Source of the DNA: Macrostomum lignano
Lineage: Eukaryota
Reading direction: 5' to 3'
NCBI GenBank assembly: GCA_002269645.1
Contig: NIVC01000010.1
Location: forward strand, 1,240,001 to 1,304,000
DNA length: 64,000 bases
Positions 55,473 through 64,000 of the stretch are shown one piece after another. The position numbers and the translations under genes are program-made. Under the pieces are notes generated by a model. That model saw nothing but the letters and a program-made list of their open reading frames with translations. It was not told the DNA's origin and made no database searches. The number at the start of each line of letters is the position of its first letter. Positions within the stretch are counted from its first letter, which is position 1.

Positions 55473-58400
55473 ATGTTGGACAATGCAACACAATATGTAA
55501 CCAATCCCAATCCAATTCCAATATTTACTACAAACCAAGTGCATAATAGAACAAATTCAAGCTACCATTGTCCAAATGGCTCAACTTTAATAAACTCAAC
55601 TTGCAATGCTGTGAGCAAGCCATTTCTTGCAAATGCAACAACTCAAATTCTAAATTTTGTTAGTAGCAACAAAAAAACTTTATTGAACAGTGCAATTGTT
55701 CTATGTGTCTTAACTAGCATTGTGGTAATTTTCTTCATTATCAAAGCCATTCGGTAAGTTTTAAAATTATTTTAATAAATAAATATTCAGCTTTTTTTAG
55801 CTTTTTCCACTTGCTTAACTGTTAACTTATTTATTATCTATTATTATACTATCTAAGCTAAGTGGAATAGTTATTTTAGTATAATAGTAAGTATTACTTA
55901 ATGGATATTATATTAGCTTTCCTTTTTCATTGTTTTTTTACATAATCTTTATTTAAAATATTTTAAATCTTATGCTTTAAATATACTTTCTAAGAAATAT
56001 TTGTTCATTTTTAATGATGCATAACTAGGCCTATTTAATTTATCTCAATCAAGTGCAGTTTTTTCTAGCAAAGGTCATATAATTTAGTATATAATTAGAG
56101 AGGGGAGAGTAGAGGAGAAGGGAGAAAAGTGGGGAGAAAGGAGACATGAGAGAGTAGAGACAAAATACAAAGAAAAAGATATAAATAAAGTAGTAGAGAT
56201 AAGAAGAAAGAGAGGAGAGAGGAGAGCAATAAAAGATCAGAGATGAGAGAGTTAAGAGAGGAAAGTAGTGAGGAGAGGAAAGATGCAATAAGAAAAGAAA
56301 TGAGTGAGAAAATAAGAGAGAAGAGATTAAATATTAGAGAAGAGAAGATGAGAGGAGAGACGAGAGAATGGAGAGGAGAGAAAAGAAAGGAGAGAAGACA
56401 GGTGATACAGTAGAGAGGAGGGAAGAAAGATGGGAGATAAAAAAAGGAGAAGGTGAGAGCATATAGGAGATATGAGAAATGAGAGCAGAGAGAAAAGAGA
56501 GTAAAGCAGAATTGATAGATAAGTAAGTAGAGATCAAATATGAGAGAGAATAGAAAATGGGAGAAATAAGAAAGAAGCAAGGAGACAAAAGAGTGTATAG
56601 ACAAAAAATGAGGGAGGGAGAAGAGATAAAAAAGAGAGTAGATGAGGAGAGAGAGATGTAGAGAGAAAGAAAAAAGGGCACGGCATATTAAAATATTATT
56701 TTAGAAAATAGGCTACTGGTTTCAAGCCTCTAGGCTCTTAGTCAGGCCAAAAATCTGTAATGCAAAGCAGGTTGGTCTTTTAAGTATTATTTTTCTTAGT
56801 CTGATAAAATTGATGAGTAGTTGTACATATGAGGGATGTACATTTAAAACCCTGTTTTGTCTAGCTCTAACTTGACCCAGAGGCTTTTCACCATTCATTT
56901 CAATTGACAGTATATTTATTATCTAAAAAAAGTTTTTTTTCAAAGTACAATACGATTAGATGAAATGCTAGTATTGGAGGTAGGAGCATAAAAATTGATA
57001 TTTGTGCATACAATCAAGTAGTTTGGATAAAATAAATGACAAAGTAAATAAATATTGTACTTCAATAGGGTAAAGTGAGCATATTGGTTAAAATGATTCA
57101 ATGGTTTCCTAGCTAAGATTTAAATTTATTGGGAGCCAGGAGGCTCTATAAATTTCGTTGCCATGTAAATGCAGGCAGTATGCAGGAGCCTGGTTTATTT
57201 TGTAGCTTATCAAAGTTTTTAGCAATCTCATTGGCAAGCCAGACCATAGATGGGTGAAAAGGAAGGACCAGTGGGATAGGTCGGAGAAGATGATTGTCAA
57301 CCCTGATATTCGTACCTGGCGGTTTGTCAGTCCCCAGTTTTTTAATCCAGATTTCTTCCAGATTTTGTTGTTATTAAGAACCTGTTCAATGGCAATGGTG
57401 ACAAAGTTTGCAATCGAGTGATTGGGAGTGAGAAAGTGCTCTGACCCTGAAGTAACGATTCTCCTGTTAATATTTGACCTGTGCTAGTTCATTCTATCTC
57501 TCATTGTTCTTCTAGTCATACCTACATAGAGAGTTTTCCTAGGGTGGCACTGGTTATAGGAGATGCTATAGATGATGCTCTTGGAGCCACAGGACAGGCT
57601 CTGAGAGATTAAAAAACTGGAAGCCGGTCCCAGTCCCTGGGCAGAAAGAGCAGGCAGTGAGTGTGTGCAGCATTTGCAGCGGGATGACCCCAGATGGAAC
57701 CCTTTGCCCTATTGGAATAAATGTTAAAAACCTGCGGACGCGCACTTTAGAAAAGAGTCAAACTATTTTACCGCACTTTAGGATTATTAGAGATGTTCCA
57801 AAAGATCTGCAGTTTCGTCAAAATCAAAATTCGCTAACTTTCCAAAATAAAAATTGAAATTTCCCGAAATCATAATTCAGAAAAACAAAGCTTAGTATGA
57901 TCAACACTCACTTTTTTACTTTCAATTTACTGCTTAAGCAAAAGGTAATACATGTATATGTAGTAGAAAGTAGTTTATTTTTAGTGACTTTTTAGACACT
58001 ACCAAAATTTTCACTTCTAAATTTTTTTCAAAATTGAAATTTGCTCTAAAAAATTTCAAATTTTGGAAAATTAAAATTAAATTTTCAGAAAATCTCTAAG
58101 CTTAATAAATTATAATACCCTTCAACAGAGGCATTGTACCCATTTACATGTATATGTATTTGCTAGAGCAGCAGCCAGTAAGAAAGGGCAGTGCTGCGCT
58201 TTAGAAAAATTTCAAAAGTGCGCCGGACACCGTCTGCGGTTTTACAACTTTTTCCTATAGGGACCCTTTGGGAGCAGACCCAGATTGGTCCTTGGTCCTG
58301 CAGTCCAGTTCATAAGTTTGAGGACCTCATTTTTGCAGTTTCTAAGAAAAATCTTCAAGTAGCCTAATTGCTTGAGTTCCAATTTTAAAGAATTTAAAGC

Positions 58401-61400
58401 ATTGTTGAAAGACTTGTAGTCATCATAGATTCGAGCATACCGAAGGACTTGGGATTTTACTACCCCCTTGAAAGTGTGACAGATGGAAGGATTGTCGGTG
58501 CAACAATCTATGAGTGTCTGTTTCTTTCGAAAACAGTTGTGTTGTGAAGTGGTTTTCAGCTTTCTTGATGGTCATGTCAAGGAAACTGACCTCAGTTGAT
58601 AAGGAGCTGATGGTGAGTTTAATGTTTAGGTTGATTGAATTCAGGTATCGAATAAATTCTATCAGAGCTTCAGCCAGGTGGTCCCAGTGAATGAAGATAT
58701 CATCTATGGATCTAAAATAAATTTTCGGCTTACAAAGAGCAGTTCTCAAGGCAGTTATCTCCCAGAGGCTCATGAAGAGACAGGCATAGCTGGGCGCAAA
58801 TATGCGCCCCATAGCTGTGTCTCTAAGCTGTAGGAAGATCATTTTGTCAAATTCAAAGTCATTCCTGTACAAACACAGACACAAACTCAGAGAAGAGATA
58901 AAAAAGAGAGGAGAGTAGAGGAGAGAGAAGAGAGAGAAGCTAGAAAAGGGAGAGAGTACAGAGAAGATAGATGAAAGATCAGATATAAAAGAGTTAAGAG
59001 GAAAAAGTAGTGAGGGCAAAGAGGAGGGTAAGAGAGGAACACAGAGAGAAAAAATGAGAGATGAGAGAGCAAAAAGGAGACAGAAGACAAGAGAGTCTGA
59101 GTCTGGACAATGGCAGTCAGTTTTTGCAAACATGGAAAACAAGAATATAGTATTTAAAAGGCATTGTAGAGGATTTGGAGACGATTTGGAAGATGGGATT
59201 CAAGTCATGGAATTTCTTCTGATGGATTTCAGGGAATGGAATTCCAGTGATAGGAGTTTTTCCCCTTTCTGCTCCAAAGGAGGAGTTCCACTTGTATAAA
59301 GATAAAACTCTGTATGTCTGCGTGTGTGTCTGTGTGTTTGTATTTGCTATGGACTCCTAAAGGGGAAGTTGTAGAAAGATAGGACTTTGAATAATAGACA
59401 CAAATTTTTCTAGAGAGTGCTTTAGGCTAATAAAAATGGGGGCCCTAACTAAAGAAATGGCTGAAAATGGCCAAAAACCTGTTTTTTCTTATTTTAGTAA
59501 TGTATTTTAGCTCACAGGGACTAAAAGCTATGTCTATGGCCGATTTCCCTCTGGCTGAGGCTAAGAAAACCAGCTACACATACATAGAGTGCTAAAATTA
59601 AATAGCATTCACCACTGCTTTATTAATGCATACTTGAAGTTTGAAGTCAGCTTTTTTCCTTAATACTACACTCATAATAGGCCTAGATGACAACTGATAT
59701 GGACTAAAGTTCTTAATAGCTTAGCTTTTATGCCTCTGAATAAGGGCACTCTTGGAAGGATATCAGCAGCTGCTAGAAGGCTTAGACAGGCAAGAAATAA
59801 TGAATCAGAAGCAAAAAAGCAGCGGCAAGCTGCTAACAGAGCTCAAATGTAAGCTGCTCAAAATGAAGAAATGACAGTGCAGAGATAACAAAGACTAGCT
59901 GCTAACAGAGCTCAAACGTCAGCTGCTCAAAATGAAAAAATGACAGCGCAGAGAGAACAAAGACTAGCTGCTAACAGAGCTCAAACGTCAGCTGCTCAAA
60001 ATGAAGAAATGACAGCGCAGAGAGAACAAAGACTAGCTGCTAACAGAGCTCAAACGTCAGCTGCTTAAAATGAAGAAATGACAGCGCAGAGAGAACAAAG
60101 ACTAGCTGCTAACAGAGCTCAAACGTCAGCTGCTCGAAATGAAGAAACAATAGCGCAGAGATCAAAGAGCAAAATGCACCTCCTGATCAGATAGACAGGT
60201 AGCACCTTGAAGACAGGATCTGATACAGAAATCAAGCAGGAGCCTTTCAGTTTCGTGGCCAACAGAATAAGCCTGAAGAAGCTGCTCAAGCCACAAACCC
60301 TAACCCTTATCCCTTATCCCTAACTTATCCCTAACAATGATTTATTGCTCTGCAAATTGTTTACACCTTTACCCTGCATCCTATTCCATGCAATTCCAAT
60401 TCCAAAAAGAGAGGAGAGAGAATTGAGGAAATAGAAGAGAAGAGAGAGGAGAGTAGAAGGAAAAGAGTAAAAAGGGGGGAGAAGTAATAGAAAAGTAGCA
60501 ATGATGAGAAGAGTGATGAGAGGAGAGAAGTTTTAAAGGCCTCAAATCTTAATATAATACACATTTATTCCAATTTTTGTTTACCTCTATCACTACTACT
60601 TACAAGTGTTTGTTTGAGTATGACTTTAGATTTAAGAATGCATGCAAAAACAGTTCCAGGGATCGGAATTCAGCGGGTTCAAAATCTGTGGGTTTCAACA
60701 GCTCATATACTTGTATAATATATAAGGTACCATTGGCCTTGATGCCTCTTCTCACTTGAAAAGTAAAAGGGCCATGCCCCCCCTGACCCCCTTGAATGCA
60801 TACAAAATGATCCCTAATCATTTGTTGTAATCAATTAATTGCTAATCTGATAAATCTCAGATCCTGAATCTAACCCAATCTAATCCATAGGCCTATTATA
60901 GTTTCCATCTCTCATAAGATATAAAATTAGCAATTTATACTAAAATGTATCAACATGTTTTATATTTTTGTCTAAAACTCAAATTTTTAGCTCAATTACT
61001 AAATGTATTGTATTTTCTTAGCATTTTTATCTTGTGATATTTTGAAATTTACCTTGTCATCAAAACATTCTTCCATACTATGAAGATAATATCCAAGGCA
61101 AAACAATTATATACATAGTGTAGCATACCCCCTATTAGAATAAGTTTCAAACCCACAGATGTACAAAATAGATACATAAAAGTAGGCCCTGCTCTTTACT
61201 CTGCCATGCAATTTGATGCCATTGCCTTTCTTATATCTGCAATATAACACTGGAAAATAAAAAATGTGACAGGTGGCTATATGTGATTTGTTAACTTATT
61301 CTAATAGGGAGTACTATATGCCATAGTCAAGAAAGCCTTTGTCATAGAAATTTGAATGCACACAAAGGGGTCTTAAATACACCTGATTGCATTGAAGATA

Positions 61401-62253
61401 TCCTTAATGTATTTGGCATACAATCATAGCATATATTTTTTGAAAAATTAGTTGTAAGACAAGTAATTATTTGTTAATCCAGTAATGTGTTTTATAATAT
61501 TTAACTTCCATATATCTTATAGGTGCTACTAGATTTTGAGTAAATAATGTATTAAAAACATAGGCTACTAAGCTAGGTAACTTAATAAATTGACCTCTGT
61601 CTTAAATAATAGTTTAACCTATCACTCATTATTAGGTCTCATGCTTATTATATATATAAGAATGGCTAGGATTGCATTCATATTAACTTTAGCCCCATAT
61701 TACCCTATCTTAATGGTATAAAATGTGTATGTGGCATCAAAAATATTTTCTTCAAGTCCCCAAACCCAGAGGGCTTTAGGGTTCCCTTCATCAAGGCTTT
61801 GAAATTAGCAAAATTCATTCATTTCTGCTGTTCTAAAACCAACCATGACACTTCTGTGTCAGTTTTTTATTACCATTAGATATGGGAAATATATCCCTAA
61901 CTTCCCATTGCCATATCCATAGCTATGGTGGAACTCTAGCATGTAGTTTTAACCAACCAAAATCATTTATTACACTTGAATCTTATAGATATAAAACGAT
62001 ATATCAATTTGTATAGCCATTCACTCTTGGCCTAGTTTTGTTATTATCAATACTAATCTCTATACTTAAAAACAACTCACCCCAAAGGCTGAAGCGAGCA
62101 GCCAGACGGTCCAAGCGCTACGGCCTGGTGGACGCTGACAAGCTGGAGATGCAGCGGCTTGGCGACGAGGACGATGATGATGACGAAGACATCACCGTGT
62201 TCGATGTGAATGGGTCGCAGCAGGCCAGGGATAGGGGCTCTGCTGGTCGATAG
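55473..62253 (+). CDS. FAM174: FAM174-like single-pass membrane protein; exons 55473-55753 and 62088-62253
   Basis: Exon 1 has six N-glycosylation sequons and a TM segment (SAIVLCVLTSIVVIFFII), ending CG|GTAAG. Exon 2 continues in phase: RLKRAARRSKRYGLVDADKLEMQRLGDEDDDDDEDITVFD, the basic-YG-acidic-VFD tail typical of FAM174. Confidence 0.85.
56095..56680. repeat. Purine-rich (AG) low-complexity tract; similar tracts at 7010-7130, 58870-59100 and 60405-60530
   Basis: Visible GAGA/AGAG-rich sequence with no exact period. Confidence 0.85.
57110..58870 (-). mobile_element. Degenerate Penelope-like element (RT and GIY-YIG relics) in the FAM174 intron
   Basis: TAMG...APSYACLFM, FRSIDDIF, VSFLD, LFSKETD..R.L...SFH (PLE RT, 58440-58870); CGSKSIIYSI...LYVGMTRRTMRDRMN*HRSNI (GIY-YIG, 57460-57600). 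Confidence 0.85.
59760..60150 (+). pseudogene. 69-bp tandem repeat encoding 23-aa STPR-like units, with in-frame stops (possibly Helitron-derived)
   Basis: AANRAQTSAAQNEEMTAQREQRL x ~5; fits the E.x.x.x.QR..RL spacing of 23-aa STPR repeats; three TAA stops. Confidence 0.55.
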
Positions 62254-62499
62254 TTCACGCTTTGTTTATCAATCATTTGTTGGCAGTACTGTAGTCATTG
62301 TGTATTGAGCGTTTGTTTGGCTGTTGCTGTTTAAGACTGTAAGTTTTGTCTGTTTAAATATAGCTATTGTGCTTGAACTCTGTTTATTTGTTTCCAATCC
62401 AATCCGTATTGGATAGTTTTTTGGTTAGAGGTTAGCAATCCAGCTACCTGCTTGCCGCTCCACTTTTCACTGCATTCGCACCCTTCAGGTTGCTCGTCT

Positions 62500-63460
62500 G
62501 ATACTCCAGACCTGGCAAAACCTTCAGGTTGCTCGTCTAATACCCCAGACCTGGCAAAACCTTTAGGAGTCTGCTACCCCAGACCTGGGAAAACCTTCAG
62601 GAGTCTGCTACCCCAGACCTGGGAAAACCTTCAGGAGTCTGCTGCCCCAGACCTGGGAAAACCTTCAGGAGTCTGCTACCCCAGACCTGGGAAAACCTTC
62701 AGGAGTCTGCTACCCCAGCCCTGGCAAAACCTTCAGGAGTCTGCTACCCCAGATCTGGCAAAATCCTTTGGGGTCTGCTACCCAGCCCTGGCAAAACCTT
62801 CAGGAGTCTGCTACCCCAGCCCTGGCAAAACCTTCAGGAGTCTGCTACCCAGCCCTGGCAAAACCTTCAGGAGTCTGCTACCCCAGCCCTGGCAAAACCT
62901 TCAGGAGTCTGCTACCCCAGACCTGGCAAAATCCTTTGGGGTCTGCTACCCCAGATCTGGCAAAACCTTCAGGAGTCTGCTACCCAGCCCTGGCAAAACC
63001 TTCAGGAGTCTGCTACCCCAGACCTGGCAAAATCCTTTGGGGTCTGCTACCCCAGATCTGGCAAAACCTTCAGGAGTCTGCTACCCCAGCCCTGGCAAAA
63101 CCTTCAGGAGTCTGCTACCCCAGACCTGGCAAAATCCTTTGGGGTCTGCTACCCCAGATCTGGCAAAACCTTCAGGAGTCTGCTACCCCAGCCCTGGCAA
63201 AACCTTCAGGAGTCTGCTACCCCAGCCCTGGCAAAACCTTCAGGAGTCTGCTACCCCAGATCTGGCAAAACCTTCAGCAGTCTGCTACCCAGCCCTGGCA
63301 AAACCTTCAGGAGTCTGCTACCCCAGCCCTGGCAAAACCTTCAGGAGTCTGCTACCCCAGCCCTGGCAAAACCTTCAGGAGTCTGCTACCCCAGCCCTGG
63401 CAAAACCTTCAGGAGTCTGCTACCCCAGATCTGGCAAAATCCTTTGGGGTCTGCTACCCC
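62500..63460. repeat. 33/34-bp tandem array (CCTGGCAAAACCTTCAGGAGTCTGCTACCCCAG[A/C]) with a recurring variant unit, 3' of FAM174
   Basis: Directly visible; variant AAAATCCTTTGGGGTCTG recurs every few units. Confidence 0.95.
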
Positions 63461-64000
63461 TAAGTTGTTTATTTAAATGCTTCCATTTAAGGTCACCAGC
63501 CAAATTCTACATTCAAGCTTCCATTGCTGTGCAAGTGTCTTTTTATTGTTTTTTTAACAATTGTAAACAAAGGTGGTGGTCATTGTTGTTTAATTTCTGA
63601 GCAGTCGAGTTTTATGAGATTCTTGGTTTAGGACTTTGCGATTTCATTTATTATTTATGTTTTGTTAGTGTGCGTACGAGGATATTATTAACATTATATA
63701 TAAAATGTTTTATATATTCCGGCCCTATAACGACCGTTCGTTTTCGTCTTCCATGTCATTTTCAGTTTGCCTTTTTTGACAGCCACTATCCCGTGATGTA
63801 CCATTGTGAACATGGATGTTTTTTCACAGCCATTTTGCTTGATCTTTGTGTTGTCAGCATCTAGGGAACATTATGAAGTCACGAATTTTTCTTGACACTG
63901 AATTATTATTGGATCTTTTTTGTTTGTGCTGTTTTTCATTTTATTATTTATACCTGTCTAATTCTATCATTGTGTTTAGTGATAGACATGGGAATAGAGA

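Noticed and set aside
57150-57230. Hammerhead-like remnants (TTGATAAG...CGAAAT, minus strand) at the Penelope 3' end
   Set aside because: The core deviates from CUGANGA/GAAA and no supporting stems were found.
3320-58155. Recurrent ACATGTA/TACATGTA motif in non-coding DNA (roughly a dozen sites)
   Set aside because: A short palindrome commonly over-represented in invertebrate non-coding DNA; enrichment could not be computed here.
60296-60342. Interstitial telomere-like CCCTAA repeats
   Set aside because: Only a few degenerate units; insufficient to call a telomeric remnant.
3380-63460. Tandem arrays as possible CRISPR loci
   Set aside because: Units are head-to-tail with no unique spacers, there are no cas genes, and the context is eukaryotic.

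Overview
Eukaryotic (metazoan) genomic DNA: GT-AG introns, SINEs/LINEs and many minisatellites. The GC-rich exons and dense 12-69 bp tandem arrays resemble a free-living flatworm such as Macrostomum, but that is inference only. Host genes: an intronless BIR-BIR-UBA-RING IAP (144-2183) with a near-identical 3' fragment at 8.0-8.4 kb; a two-exon 120-aa secreted Cys-rich protein ending KR-FFGFQ-G (minus, absent from the ORF track); a roughly 40-exon gene for a giant secreted EMI/EGF + FN3-like repeat protein (10412-39839); an intronless carotenoid oxygenase (41450-43057); a divergent SNX1/2-like sorting nexin (47446-52100); and a FAM174-like membrane protein (55473-62253). Two retrotransposons interrupt coding exons of the giant gene. 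One is a full-length LOA-like LINE with a 14-bp TSD (27303-33198). The other is an Ngaro/PAT-type split-direct-repeat element (34693-38900) with no TSD and no tyrosine recombinase; its RT frame appears reachable only by a -1 frameshift at A-AAA-AAC and runs through a 600-bp 12-mer minisatellite. Also present: CORE-SINEs, a second SINE family, a deleted Tc1/IS630 element, and RTE, Penelope and STPR/Helitron-like relics. All splice models, alignments and counts were made by eye.
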